A stretch of 64,000 bases of DNA from a virus (taxonomy: Duplodnaviria; Caudoviricetes): IMG/VR virus record IMGVR_UViG_3300028805_000037, positions 192,001-256,000 of that record; one strand, given 5' to 3'. Below the pieces are notes generated by a model. That model ran no database searches, was not told the origin of the DNA, and was given only the letters and a program-made list of their open reading frames with translations. Positions 28,927-39,506 of the stretch are shown piece by piece; position 1 is the stretch's first letter; the number at the start of each line of letters is the position of its first letter. Made by a program: the position numbers and the translations under genes.

Positions 28927-31168
28927 TTTAGATTCTAAATTAGATAATATATTTGATGATATTTTAAATGTAAAAGAAGAAAGTAATAATCTTATTGAAT
29001 GGGAAGAAGAACCAGTAACTTTTAGAGAATTTCTTACATCAAAAGATCATCTTGATTTTCCAGAATATTCAGATAGACAATATGAAGCTATTACAGCATT
29101 ATTTGGTGATGATCCTAAAAATATATTTTTTAGTGATACAACTGCATTTTTATGTATTTTAATTTGGGGAAAAGGTTGCTTAGCTGGAGAATCAATTCTA
29201 GAAGATGCATTAACACATAAAAAATATACAATTGAAGAACTTTATAAACAGAATAAAAGTATATTAGTTAATAGTTATAATGAAGAAAAACAAAAAGTTG
29301 AAATCTGCGCAGCTTCTGTTCCTTGGATTTCAGGTAAAGGTGAAATTTACGAAGTATTAACAGAAACAGAGCATAAGATAAATGTATTTAAGCATCATCA
29401 ATTTTATACTGAAAAAGGTTGGCAAAGGCTTTCAGATTTAAAAGTTGATGATAAAATATTAAACGATGTACTACTATTTGAAAAGATAAAGTCAATTAAT
29501 TATTTACGTAAAGATAATTATTATGATTTAGAAGTAGATAAATATCATAATTATTTAGCACATGGTTTATATAATCATAATTCTGGCAAAGATACAATAT
29601 GTTGTCATTGTATTCTTTATTGTATTTATGTTTTATTATGTGTAAAAGTTCCACAAAATATGTTTAAAGGTATTGATAGTAAAACTGTTATAGATATATT
29701 GAATGTTGCATCTACTGCACGTCAGGCGAATTCAATATTTTTTACAAAGATGAAAAATCATGTTAAATCTTGGAAGTGGTTAAAAAATAAATATGTAATT
29801 AAAGATTCTGGTAAAAAAGTACAAAAAGATAAAAAAGAAGATGAAAATATTGTATCTATAAAAGGTGATGAAATAATGTTTCCTAAAAGAATCAGAGCAT
29901 TATCAAAACACAGTCAACAAGAAGCAGCTGAAGGTTGTTCACCTTTATTATGGATTGCAGATGAATTCGATTCATTTTCAGATAAAAATCAAAAATCTAA
30001 TGCAATGGCTATGTATAGTGCATTAGAAACTTCAATGAGAACAAGATATGGACAGCAAGGAAAAGGTTTTATTATATCATGGCCAAGATATGATGGTGGA
30101 CCAATACAACAATTAGCAAAATTACATAAAAATAATTTAAGAGCATATATTGATGTAGCTCCAACATTTGAAGTAAAACCAAAAAGATGCTTTGTAGATA
30201 AATGGATAAATTGGCACGGACATGAAATTCCAGAAGATTATCTTGAAGAATTTGAAAGACATCCTGAAGATTCAAAAGCTAAATTTTTATGTTTACCACC
30301 AAAAACTTCTGATCCATTTTTTACTGAATTAAGTAGAATTGATGCTTGTATAGATGTAAATAAACAACCTATGTTTACTTATAGAGAAAAAGTTATTGAT
30401 AGTATGAATGGTAAATTAATTAGTCTTGAAATAATTTCAAGAAATTATAATATGCAAGATGTAAGTTTTGTTGTAGCTGGAGATATTGGATTAAGTAATG
30501 ACTTAACTGCTGTATCAATTTGGCATACTGAAACACTTAATCTTGCCGATGGTACAACATATAATACATTTGTTCAAGATTGTTTATTTAAATGGAAACC
30601 AGATAAAAGTAAGAATATAAAAGTTGATGTAGATAATATACAAACTATAATAGATACATTAATAAATGATTATAAATTACCTATAAATGGAATAATTTTT
30701 GATCATTATAATAGTGCTACTTTACTTACACATTATTCTAAAAAAGGTATAAATGCACAAGCTTATACATTAAAAACACAAGATTTTTATGATATTAGAG
30801 CCAAGATTTATGATAATAAAGTTAGATTTTTAGATGATAAATATCAAAATGATGAAATAAAAAGATTAACAAATACAACATCTGGTAAGCCTGATCATCT
30901 TCCTGATGAACATGATGATGTATTTAGAGCAAATTGTTTAGCTATAGTATCATTATCTGGATTTAAAAATCAGAGTGTTATTGTAAATGATGATGGTATG
31001 TTTTTTCAAAAAAAGATGACACCTCAATTAATGGAAAATAGTTTAGACAATTTTGAACCAGTTACTGTAAAAGCTAAATTACATACTGGTAGATCTCAAA
31101 TGGATTTTAATCCTTTTAGTGATGATGATTATGGTAGTTTTGATGATGAAATAGACTTCAGAAACTAG
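28919..31168 (+). CDS. terL: terminase large subunit with mini-intein
   Basis: Walker A GKG|SGKD, Walker B WIADE, ISWP, nuclease GDIGLSND, FDHYNS, DH...DD. Confidence 0.9.
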   Translation: MNNLDSKLDNIFDDILNVKEESNNLIEWEEEPVTFREFLTSKDHLDFPEYSDRQYEAITALFGDDPKNIFFSDTTAFLCILIWGKGCLAGESILEDALTHKKYTIEELYKQNKSILVNSYNEEKQKVEICAASVPWISGKGEIYEVLTETEHKINVFKHHQFYTEKGWQRLSDLKVDDKILNDVLLFEKIKSINYLRKDNYYDLEVDKYHNYLAHGLYNHNSGKDTICCHCILYCIYVLLCVKVPQNMFKGIDSKTVIDILNVASTARQANSIFFTKMKNHVKSWKWLKNKYVIKDSGKKVQKDKKEDENIVSIKGDEIMFPKRIRALSKHSQQEAAEGCSPLLWIADEFDSFSDKNQKSNAMAMYSALETSMRTRYGQQGKGFIISWPRYDGGPIQQLAKLHKNNLRAYIDVAPTFEVKPKRCFVDKWINWHGHEIPEDYLEEFERHPEDSKAKFLCLPPKTSDPFFTELSRIDACIDVNKQPMFTYREKVIDSMNGKLISLEIISRNYNMQDVSFVVAGDIGLSNDLTAVSIWHTETLNLADGTTYNTFVQDCLFKWKPDKSKNIKVDVDNIQTIIDTLINDYKLPINGIIFDHYNSATLLTHYSKKGINAQAYTLKTQDFYDIRAKIYDNKVRFLDDKYQNDEIKRLTNTTSGKPDHLPDEHDDVFRANCLAIVSLSGFKNQSVIVNDDGMFFQKKMTPQLMENSLDNFEPVTVKAKLHTGRSQMDFNPFSDDDYGSFDDEIDFRN
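29177..29581 (+). mobile_element. mini-intein (135 aa) in the terminase P-loop
   Basis: CLAGES start, YYDLEV...HNYLAHGLYNHN|S end, no endonuclease. Confidence 0.92.
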
Positions 31169-31183
31169 TCTTGGTAATTCCAA

Positions 31184-31199
31184 AATTTAAATTTAAAAA
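31184..31199 (+). promoter_or_regulatory. putative late promoter class C
   Basis: AATTTAAATTTAAAAA followed by hairpin AGGACT-N5-AGTCCT. Confidence 0.55.
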
Positions 31200-31251
31200 T
31201 TAGGACTTATAGAGTCCTTTTATATATAAATTTAATTTAGAGGTATATTTT

Positions 31252-32994
31252 ATGAACGATTCCATTATTGATTTTTTACAATCTGTAAGATTAATTAAAG
31301 CAAATGTTAAAGATTTGATTAATATTTATAGATTTCTTGAGAAAAAGTATATATCTGCGAATAAAAATACACTTTTAAATAGTTTATTAAAAGAAAAGAA
31401 AGTAATTTTTTCATATTTTGATAAATATAAAGATTATTCATTAAAACAAGTAAAAGCATATATAAATGAACTTGAAGATTCTTATATAGATATGAATGAA
31501 TTTGATGAATTATATAAACCTACAAAAGATATTAATCTTATTAAACTTGCATATCAGAATAATATGTATAAAATAGAAAATGAAGCATTGTCTAATCCTA
31601 TAACTACTAAAAATCAAATATATGCTATGCAGTATCTTAGAGATTTAGCACCGAGATTAAGCTATCAAGATTCTATGGATATTCTAAATCATACTCAAAA
31701 TAGTGGAAAATTTTGTATAGCAAGAGATTATTATATATCTAATAAAAATGATATTACTCAAACAGAATTTGATACAAGATATTTAAGAGAAACACCTAAT
31801 ACAAGTGCTACATTTGAAGGAACGTCAATTGGAACGAATGCAGATCCATATATGCCAGTATCTAGACAATTTGCAGCAGAAAATGATGATATTAGAACTC
31901 AAGATCTAAAAAATAAATCTTTAGGTAAAATTGACGTAGAACAAACTCCTGAAAAAACTAATGAACAAAAGTTAGAACAAGAAGAAAATTCAATAAATGT
32001 AGGTAATGTATACGCTACACAAGATGATGAAATAATAACTGTTACTGCAGTAGATAATGAATCTGTAGTATTATCTAATAATGATGTTAAATCAAAAGGT
32101 GAAATACAAAAGAAAATTGATGATGGTGAATGGAGAAGACAAGCTGCAGATGAAGAAAATAAAGAAATTGTTAAATTATTAAAACAGATGGTTAAATATG
32201 GTGATGCACTTGAACAAAAATTAATAATAGATCAATCAATAGAACAAATTACTAAAGATGTTAAAGATAATCTTGAATCTAAAGTTGGTGAAGATTTACA
32301 AAATTATGATACTATGATCGATAAAAATTTACCTAAAATCACAAAATTAGCTGCATCAATAGAATCCATAACAAGAAGTGATGAAAAATCATATAGTATT
32401 ATAAAAAAGAAATTTGGTAATATAAAATTTCAATATACTCCAGAATATTTAAGACAAACTGTAGTAAGTAAACAAGTATTAGAAGAAATATTAGAACAAA
32501 TGGCTAAATTAGTTTCGCCTAAAAATATACAAAAATTTGAAGCTCTTGAAAGCCAACTTTATAAATATTCTATGGTACAAGAAAATATAAAATTTTCTCT
32601 TGATGATAAAAATACAGAAGTTCAAGAAAAAATACAAGATAAAATACAAGAATTAAGAAAGAGTTTATCAAGTTCTAAGATACTTAGAGATAAACAACTT
32701 GATGATAAAACTTATGATAAACTTGATAAAATGATAAGTGCTGGCAAAATTAGTTTTGATACATATAATTCTTTAACTGATTGTATGGAATCAAATAGCC
32801 AATTAACAAATAATCTTGTAAATAAAATATATGCAACACTTAGTAAAAATCAAATATCTGAATTTAAAATAACAGCTGGAAATATATTACAATCCATAAA
32901 AGATATATTTATATGGATTGGTAAAATATTTGGTTTTGTAACAATTCAAGAGATGGAATCTAAAAAATTAGAATCTTTACTTGAACAAATTTAA
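31252..32994 (+). CDS. putative virion/head-associated protein
   Basis: follows terL and class C motif; several K/R-x-x-A sites (LIKAN, RQFAA, RRQAA, TKLAA, KITAG). Confidence 0.6.
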   Translation: MNDSIIDFLQSVRLIKANVKDLINIYRFLEKKYISANKNTLLNSLLKEKKVIFSYFDKYKDYSLKQVKAYINELEDSYIDMNEFDELYKPTKDINLIKLAYQNNMYKIENEALSNPITTKNQIYAMQYLRDLAPRLSYQDSMDILNHTQNSGKFCIARDYYISNKNDITQTEFDTRYLRETPNTSATFEGTSIGTNADPYMPVSRQFAAENDDIRTQDLKNKSLGKIDVEQTPEKTNEQKLEQEENSINVGNVYATQDDEIITVTAVDNESVVLSNNDVKSKGEIQKKIDDGEWRRQAADEENKEIVKLLKQMVKYGDALEQKLIIDQSIEQITKDVKDNLESKVGEDLQNYDTMIDKNLPKITKLAASIESITRSDEKSYSIIKKKFGNIKFQYTPEYLRQTVVSKQVLEEILEQMAKLVSPKNIQKFEALESQLYKYSMVQENIKFSLDDKNTEVQEKIQDKIQELRKSLSSSKILRDKQLDDKTYDKLDKMISAGKISFDTYNSLTDCMESNSQLTNNLVNKIYATLSKNQISEFKITAGNILQSIKDIFIWIGKIFGFVTIQEMESKKLESLLEQI

Positions 32995-33011
32995 TTAGGA
33001 GTTACTATTTT

Positions 33012-33572
33012 ATGAAAGTTAGAGATAATTATAATCAATTGTATAATGTTGAAGTTATTATTGATAATAATACAAATAATAAATTTTATAGAGTTGCTAA
33101 TCAAAGTGATGATAGGATAGTAACACAAAAAGAATTTGATGAAAATTTTCATAAAGTAGCTGAATCTAAAACAATAGATTATTTCCAAGAATTGACGCAG
33201 CTTAAAGACAAAGTAGTTGAAAGAATTGGAAAAATTAATGAAAGAATAAATTATGTTGATATAAGGTTAGGTTCTATTGATAAAAAATCTCAAGAAGGAA
33301 TGAAACTTCAAGAACAACTTGATAGATATGAAGAAGATAAAAAATATTATAATGATATACTTGAAAATATTAAAGATAAAATAGTAGATTTTCAATCTAT
33401 ACAATCTCGTGTAAGTATAGAAAGAGAAATTGATCTTGCTGAAATTTATTCACAATTAGGAATAGATTTAAATGAATTACAAAACAGATTTAAAAATGAA
33501 GATGAATCTGTTGAATTGATACAAGAAAAAGAAGTAGATACTACAGAAGTACCACAATCCAACGAAGAATAA
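33012..33572 (+). CDS. coiled-coil putative virion protein
   Basis: YRVAN and HKVAE sites; AGGAG RBS. Confidence 0.6.
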   Translation: MKVRDNYNQLYNVEVIIDNNTNNKFYRVANQSDDRIVTQKEFDENFHKVAESKTIDYFQELTQLKDKVVERIGKINERINYVDIRLGSIDKKSQEGMKLQEQLDRYEEDKKYYNDILENIKDKIVDFQSIQSRVSIEREIDLAEIYSQLGIDLNELQNRFKNEDESVELIQEKEVDTTEVPQSNEE

Positions 33573-33669
33573 TTTTTTAATTTTGATTTAATTTTTAATG
33601 AATTTTGACATATTTTGTGAAAATTTTATATATTATATTATTATATTTAATTTATTTAAGGAGAATATA

Positions 33670-36600
33670 ATGTTTAAATGGAAGCAACCTTTATCTGAAG
33701 AAATTTTTAAAAAGAAATATATGATTAATGAAGGAGATAAAGATGTTGAAACAATAATACAAAATATATCAAAAGAAATATCATCAGTAGAAAAAACAAA
33801 AGAAAAACAACAATTATGGCAAGAATTATTTTATACAGAAATAATTAATCAAAGATTTATTCCAGCTGGAAGAATATTAGCGCATGCTAGACCAAATTCA
33901 AAGCAAAAAACATATATAAATTGTTATACAGTAGGTATAGAAGATAGTTTAAATGGAATATATGATACAATTAAAGAAATGGCTTTAATTGCTCAATCAT
34001 CTGGTGGTAGTGGATTAAATATATCAAATATAAGGCCCGAAGGTGCAATTTTATCACGTGGAGGAACAGCTTCAGGACCTTTATCATTTATGAAAGTTAT
34101 AAATGAATCTGCAAATACAATTTGTGTTGGCGGCGCTAGAAGAAGTGCTACAATTATAATATTAAATGTAGATCATCCAGATATTGAAAAATTTATTACT
34201 TGTAAACATGGGGATGAAAATAAAGCATATCAATTTATGAATATTTCAGTTGGTATAACTGATGAATTTATGAATGCAGTAGAACAAGATTTAAATTGGG
34301 ATCTTAAATTTGATGGTAAAATTTATAAAACAGTAAAAGCAAAAGATTTATATAATTTAATAATTGAAAATAGTTTTAAATATGCTGAACCAGGTGTTTT
34401 AAATTTATCAGCAATAAATAAAGAAAATAATGGTTATTATATGTATAATATTAATGAGTGTAATCCATGTTTCACTGGTGAAACAATGATTGCAGTAGCT
34501 GATGGTAGAAATGCAGTTTCAATAAAACAATTAGCTGATGAAAATAAAGAGTTTTTAATATATTCAACAAAATATAAAATGAAAAAATGGAATAGAACTC
34601 CAGAAATAAAAAAGGCAAAAGCTTTTAAAACTGGAGAAAAAGAAGTTTTAACTATTGTTTTATCAAATGGAAGTAGTTTTGAATGTACGCCAGATCATTT
34701 ATTAGCTTTACCTAATGGAACTTTTATACAAGCTAAAGATTCATTAGGTGAAGTATTACAAAAATTTTATACATTTTCAAATAAAAATAATAATAAAAGT
34801 TATAGACATATTAATAGTATAACAAATTGTCATTCAAAACAATGTAGATTAATTTATAATTATTATAATAAATTAGAACAAGGTACTGTTATACATCATA
34901 AAGATCATAATTCAATAAATGATTTAATTGATAATTTACAAGCTTTAACTAAAGAAGAGCATGATAAATTAACTGGTGAAGAACATAAAGGAAACAATAA
35001 TCCAATATTTAAAACAAATATGGAATGGACAAAGTGGGATTGGGCAAGAAAAAATAGATTTGCAAATGCTCGCAAATATAATTGGACAGATGAAAGATTA
35101 AAAAAAGAATTAGAAATTTATGATAGAGAAAATCCTGAACCAACAAGAGATATAACTGATAAAAATATATATATGAATCAAGATGTACAAGTAATTGATG
35201 TTATTCGTAATGGAAAAGTTGCTCCTGTATATGATATAACTGTTGAAGATAATCATAATTTTTATATTATTACTAAAACTGATGATGATAAATATTTAAA
35301 TTGTTCAGGCGTATTAGTTCATAATTGTGGTGAAACATCAATGCCAATATATAATGTCTGCGATTTGGGCTCAATTAAATTATCAACATTTGTTGAAAAT
35401 CCATTTACAAATGAAGCAAAAATTGATTGGGAAAGATTAATAAAATCAATACATATTGGGGTAAGATTTTTAGATAATGTATTAGATGCTACTCAATTAC
35501 CATTAGATAAAGTTAAACATAATGTAAAAAAAGAACGTAGAATTGGGTTAGGTTTTACAGCTTATGCTGATATGTTAATAAAAATGAAAATACAATATGG
35601 ATCTGAAGAAGCAATTCAATTAACAAAAAAGTTAGCAAAAATATTTAGAGATGAAAGTTATAAAGCATCAATTGAATTAGCAAAAGAAAAAGGAAGCTTT
35701 CCACATTTAGATAAAGAAAAATATTTACAAAGTAATTTTATTAAAAGATTACCTGAAGAAATTAAAGAAAATATTAAAAAATATGGTATTCGTAATATTA
35801 ATTTAAATTGTGTAGCTCCAACTGGAACTATAAGTTTAAGTTATGGTAATAATTGTAGTTCTGGAATAGAACCAGTATTCGCATTAAGTTATGATAGAAA
35901 AGTAAGACAAAAAGATGAAACTTTTATTACACAAACTGTTTGTGATGAAGCATTTTTAGATTGGCAAAATCAATTTAATAATGAAAAAGAAATACCAAAA
36001 TATTTTACAACAGTAGCAGATTTAACTGCAGAGCAACATATAGCAATACAATCATTATGGCAAAAATATATAGATAGTAGTATAAGTAAAACTGTAAATT
36101 TACCTTCTGGAACAACAATAGAAAAATATAAAGATTTATTTATGTTAGCATATAAATCTGGTTGTAAAGGTATAACATTTTTTAATCCAGATGGAGCATT
36201 AGCACCAGTTTTATCAGTTAAAAAAGAAAATGTTAAACAGCAAGAAGATATAAAAGAAAATCAAGCTCCAAAACGGCCACAAGATTTACCATGTGATATT
36301 TATCAAATAGTTGTAGATCATAAACCAGTTCTTGTATTACTTGGCAAATTAAATAGCAAAATATATGAAATGTTTTTAGATTATAATTTTGATGAAAATG
36401 GTGATAAAAAAATAGATGTAATGAAAGCTAAAGAAGGTATAATACGGAAAATTAAATCTAGCCAATATGATTTAATTATTAAAACTGATGAAGGTAAAGA
36501 ATTAACAATTATTAAAAATATAGCTGATACTTTTGATGAAATGGCTGGGATGATAAGTAGATTTGTTTCAATGTCATTAAGATATGGAGTTCCATACCAA

Positions 36601-36798
36601 TTTATTATTAATCAAATGCAAAAAACAAAAAGTTTTAATAGTTTTACAAAGATTGTATCAAGAGTATTAAAAAAATATATTAAAGATGGTGAAAAAGTTA
36701 AAACATCTGATAATAAATGTCCAGAATGTAATACAGAATTAGTATTTCAAAGTGGTTGTATAATATGTCCATCTTGTGGCTTTTCAAAATGTAATTAA
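33670..36798 (+). CDS. nrdJ: class II (B12-dependent) ribonucleotide reductase with intein
   Basis: PAGRIL, NCY, GGARRSA, NP|CGE, RRIGLG, APTGTIS, SISKT, C-terminal CPEC/CPSC; start moved to the ATG after AAGGAG. Confidence 0.92.
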   Translation: MFKWKQPLSEEIFKKKYMINEGDKDVETIIQNISKEISSVEKTKEKQQLWQELFYTEIINQRFIPAGRILAHARPNSKQKTYINCYTVGIEDSLNGIYDTIKEMALIAQSSGGSGLNISNIRPEGAILSRGGTASGPLSFMKVINESANTICVGGARRSATIIILNVDHPDIEKFITCKHGDENKAYQFMNISVGITDEFMNAVEQDLNWDLKFDGKIYKTVKAKDLYNLIIENSFKYAEPGVLNLSAINKENNGYYMYNINECNPCFTGETMIAVADGRNAVSIKQLADENKEFLIYSTKYKMKKWNRTPEIKKAKAFKTGEKEVLTIVLSNGSSFECTPDHLLALPNGTFIQAKDSLGEVLQKFYTFSNKNNNKSYRHINSITNCHSKQCRLIYNYYNKLEQGTVIHHKDHNSINDLIDNLQALTKEEHDKLTGEEHKGNNNPIFKTNMEWTKWDWARKNRFANARKYNWTDERLKKELEIYDRENPEPTRDITDKNIYMNQDVQVIDVIRNGKVAPVYDITVEDNHNFYIITKTDDDKYLNCSGVLVHNCGETSMPIYNVCDLGSIKLSTFVENPFTNEAKIDWERLIKSIHIGVRFLDNVLDATQLPLDKVKHNVKKERRIGLGFTAYADMLIKMKIQYGSEEAIQLTKKLAKIFRDESYKASIELAKEKGSFPHLDKEKYLQSNFIKRLPEEIKENIKKYGIRNINLNCVAPTGTISLSYGNNCSSGIEPVFALSYDRKVRQKDETFITQTVCDEAFLDWQNQFNNEKEIPKYFTTVADLTAEQHIAIQSLWQKYIDSSISKTVNLPSGTTIEKYKDLFMLAYKSGCKGITFFNPDGALAPVLSVKKENVKQQEDIKENQAPKRPQDLPCDIYQIVVDHKPVLVLLGKLNSKIYEMFLDYNFDENGDKKIDVMKAKEGIIRKIKSSQYDLIIKTDEGKELTIIKNIADTFDEMAGMISRFVSMSLRYGVPYQFIINQMQKTKSFNSFTKIVSRVLKKYIKDGEKVKTSDNKCPECNTELVFQSGCIICPSCGFSKCN
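34468..35325 (+). mobile_element. intein (286 aa) with HNH-type endonuclease at the RNR catalytic Cys
   Basis: CFTGETMI, CTPDH, IHHKDHNSINDLIDNL, VYDITVEDNHNF, VLVHN|C. Confidence 0.92.
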
Positions 36799-36810
36799 AG
36801 GAGTAATGAA

Positions 36811-37071
36811 ATGATAGAAATAGTTAAATTATACACATCAAGTTGTGTACCTTGTAAAATGTTATCACCAATTTTAGATGAAATAAAAAAAGAATTTAAT
36901 ATAAAAGTTGAAGAGATAAATTTAGATAATGGTATACCAGAAAAATTTCAAGAATTAAATATAATGAGTACACCTACACTATTGTTTTATAAAGATAATA
37001 AATTAAGAAAAACATTAGTTGGTTTAAGAACAAAAAGTACAATTATTGAAGTTTTGGAGTCAATGAAATAA
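36811..37071 (+). CDS. thioredoxin
   Basis: CVPCKML, IMSTPTL; follows RNR. Confidence 0.9.
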   Translation: MIEIVKLYTSSCVPCKMLSPILDEIKKEFNIKVEEINLDNGIPEKFQELNIMSTPTLLFYKDNKLRKTLVGLRTKSTIIEVLESMK

Positions 37072-37202
37072 AATGCTCCAAACAATAATTGAAGAAGCTT
37101 TAAAAGGAAATTTTAGTTGGTTTATTTTAATTGTAAATTTTATTCAACTTTTGATTATGTTATTAAATTTGTATATATTAATAAAAAAGAAATAAAGAAT
37201 AA

Positions 37203-37988
37203 ATGAAATTTAGAGTTTTTTCAGATTTACATATTAATATTAATAAAAATAATAATTTATTAAAAGAACTACAAAGAAATGCATCAGATGATGTTTTAAA
37301 TATTATTGCTGGTGATATTTCTGGTAATTGTTTTGAAACAATTAAATGGATTCAAAATTATTGTAAAAAAGCTTTATTTGTATCTGGAAATCATGAATTA
37401 GCAGCTTATGATGATACAAATGCAATTCAACAAGTAGATAACCATTTTAGAAACCTTTTAAGATCATTTCAATATTATTATTTGCAAAATGATTTTATTA
37501 GTTTTGATGATATTTTATTTGTTGGTTGCACATTATTTACTGATTATGAATATGGTGAATACAATAATGAATATAATCAACGTTTGGCATTAAATTATTT
37601 AAATGATTTTAGGTTTGGAGATTATTTAATTGATGATAAAAAATATCAATTAATGCCACATCATTATAAAGAATTATTTAATAAAAGTTTTGAATTTCTT
37701 AAAAATACAATTGAAAAATATAAAGATTATAAAATTGTAGTAATTACACATCATGGTTGTTCTAGTAAATCTATATTAGATAAATATCAAAATCATAAAT
37801 TAAATGCATCATTTATAAGTGATCTTGATGATTTTATTTTAAATCATCAACAAATAAAGTATTGGATTCATGGACATCTTCATAGCAATAGCGATTATAA
37901 AATAGGAAATACAAGAATAATATGTAATCCTTTAGGTTATATAAATGAAAATACAAATTTTAATCCTAATTTAATTTTAGAATTATGA
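37203..37988 (+). CDS. calcineurin-like metallophosphoesterase
   Basis: SDLH, AGDI, GNHE, THH, HGHLH, CNPLGY. Confidence 0.9.
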   Translation: MKFRVFSDLHININKNNNLLKELQRNASDDVLNIIAGDISGNCFETIKWIQNYCKKALFVSGNHELAAYDDTNAIQQVDNHFRNLLRSFQYYYLQNDFISFDDILFVGCTLFTDYEYGEYNNEYNQRLALNYLNDFRFGDYLIDDKKYQLMPHHYKELFNKSFEFLKNTIEKYKDYKIVVITHHGCSSKSILDKYQNHKLNASFISDLDDFILNHQQIKYWIHGHLHSNSDYKIGNTRIICNPLGYINENTNFNPNLILEL

Positions 37989-38818
37989 AATATTCAGAAA
38001 GTTTTATTCAAAATACATTATTGACATCGACATCTGGTTCTCCATTTAGTTTAAAAAGAAATTACAATTTACTTACTATTTTTAATGTAAGTTGGGGATT
38101 TTTTAAAGAAGGTGAAGCTGATATACTTACTGTAACAAATAATTACGAATTAATTGAAGGTGAAATTAAATGTACATTTTATGATTTTTTAAGTGATGAT
38201 AAAAAGAAACCTGAAATAATGGAAGAACGAAAAAGAAAATTGGCAAGAAAATATTACATTATTCCAATAGAAATTTATAGAGAACATGAAGATGAAATAT
38301 TTAACAAATTATGTGAAAGAAAATGTGGATTAGTTATTATTAATGGAACAAGTTGTAACACAATTTATCCTGCGCCAGATTTTGATAATGATTATACAAT
38401 AGATTTAAATCAATTTTTTAAATTAGTTAAACTTACATGTTATAGACAAAATAGATTAGATTTTAATGATGTTCTTGAATTTAAAGAATATATAGGAGAT
38501 TTTATGGATTTTAATAAAGTTATAGAAGAAGTAAAAGAAAATAAAAAAGAAATTAATTATAATGAAAAACCTAAAGAGTGGCAAGAATTATGCAAAATGT
38601 ACAAAGAACAATTTAAAGGTGTAATACAAATAATTGATAAATATACAAGACCAAATTTTGATGGAAAACAAGCTATATTTATTCAAACAATGAAACCTGG
38701 TGAAGGATTTTTATTTTGTGAAAATGGTTATGTTTTAGATACAATTACAAGAAGTGTAATAGCAATGTTAAATGTGCAACAAGTGTGGGAAATGATTAAA
38801 ATATTGAATAGAAAATAA
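37985..38818 (+). CDS. MmcB-like PD-(D/E)XK protein, possibly fused to a second ORF
   Basis: EADIL...EGEIKCTFYDFLSD; internal AGGAG+ATG near 38503. Confidence 0.6.
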   Translation: MKYSESFIQNTLLTSTSGSPFSLKRNYNLLTIFNVSWGFFKEGEADILTVTNNYELIEGEIKCTFYDFLSDDKKKPEIMEERKRKLARKYYIIPIEIYREHEDEIFNKLCERKCGLVIINGTSCNTIYPAPDFDNDYTIDLNQFFKLVKLTCYRQNRLDFNDVLEFKEYIGDFMDFNKVIEEVKENKKEINYNEKPKEWQELCKMYKEQFKGVIQIIDKYTRPNFDGKQAIFIQTMKPGEGFLFCENGYVLDTITRSVIAMLNVQQVWEMIKILNRK

Positions 38819-38820
38819 CC

Positions 38821-38862
38821 TATTTACTTTTTCATAAAAATTTATTATAATAATTATATAAA
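38821..38862 (+). promoter_or_regulatory. sigma70-type promoter (class A), 42 bp repeat copy 1
   Basis: TTTACT-N17-TATAAT; identical to 39322-39363. Confidence 0.75.
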
Positions 38863-38881
38863 ATTAAATGAGATAATAAAA

Positions 38882-39316
38882 ATGAATAAATGGACAATTA
38901 AAGATAGAAATATTATAATGAAAAGAATGGAATCACAATTACAAAATAAAAATAAACCTAAGGTTGGATCATTTTATTATGATATTAAAAATAAAAATTT
39001 ATTTCTTGTTGATACATTACTTACTGAAAAAGCTTATGATCCAGGAAATGGCATTAAAACATCAGATAAATTACATAAAGAAATTTGGCAAGATAATGGT
39101 ATGAATGGAAATTATATGGATACACCAAGAGGCAGAGTATTTTATAATGTAAATAAAAATGAATATCAAATTATGGTTGGAGATTGGATTAAAGATACTC
39201 CAAATTTAAAAGATATAGTAATACAAAGATTTAATTTACAAAATGAAAAAGTTGAAGTTATAGAAGATGAACATTGGAATATAGGTAATGGTTTTGAAGA
39301 TGATTATTTATGGTAA
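38882..39316 (+). CDS. hypothetical protein with MNKWTIK leader
   Basis: ORF; PRGRVFY motif. Confidence 0.75.
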   Translation: MNKWTIKDRNIIMKRMESQLQNKNKPKVGSFYYDIKNKNLFLVDTLLTEKAYDPGNGIKTSDKLHKEIWQDNGMNGNYMDTPRGRVFYNVNKNEYQIMVGDWIKDTPNLKDIVIQRFNLQNEKVEVIEDEHWNIGNGFEDDYLW

Positions 39317-39321
39317 TTAAA

Positions 39322-39363
39322 TATTTACTTTTTCATAAAAATTTATTATAATAATTATATAAA
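39322..39363 (+). promoter_or_regulatory. sigma70-type promoter (class A), 42 bp repeat copy 2
   Basis: identical to 38821-38862. Confidence 0.75.
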
Positions 39364-39384
39364 TAAAAGTTAAGGAGAAGAAGA

Positions 39385-39506
39385 ATGAATAAAAAATTAC
39401 AAGAATTAAAAGAACAGATGTATATAAAACTCAAATTTGTTCAAGATGTGGTTCAAAAGAAGCATTAGAAATTTTTTATAATTATATGAAAAACAAGGAG
39501 AAATAA
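39385..39506 (+). pseudogene. small CxxC protein interrupted by a -1 frameshift
   Basis: strong RBS; -1 frame reads RTDVYKTQICSRCGSKEALE...* and stops immediately before the next ATG. Confidence 0.55.

Noticed and set aside
33598-33669. N-terminal extension of RNR in the ORF track
   Set aside because: It translates the promoter motif; AAGGAG precedes the ATG at 33670.
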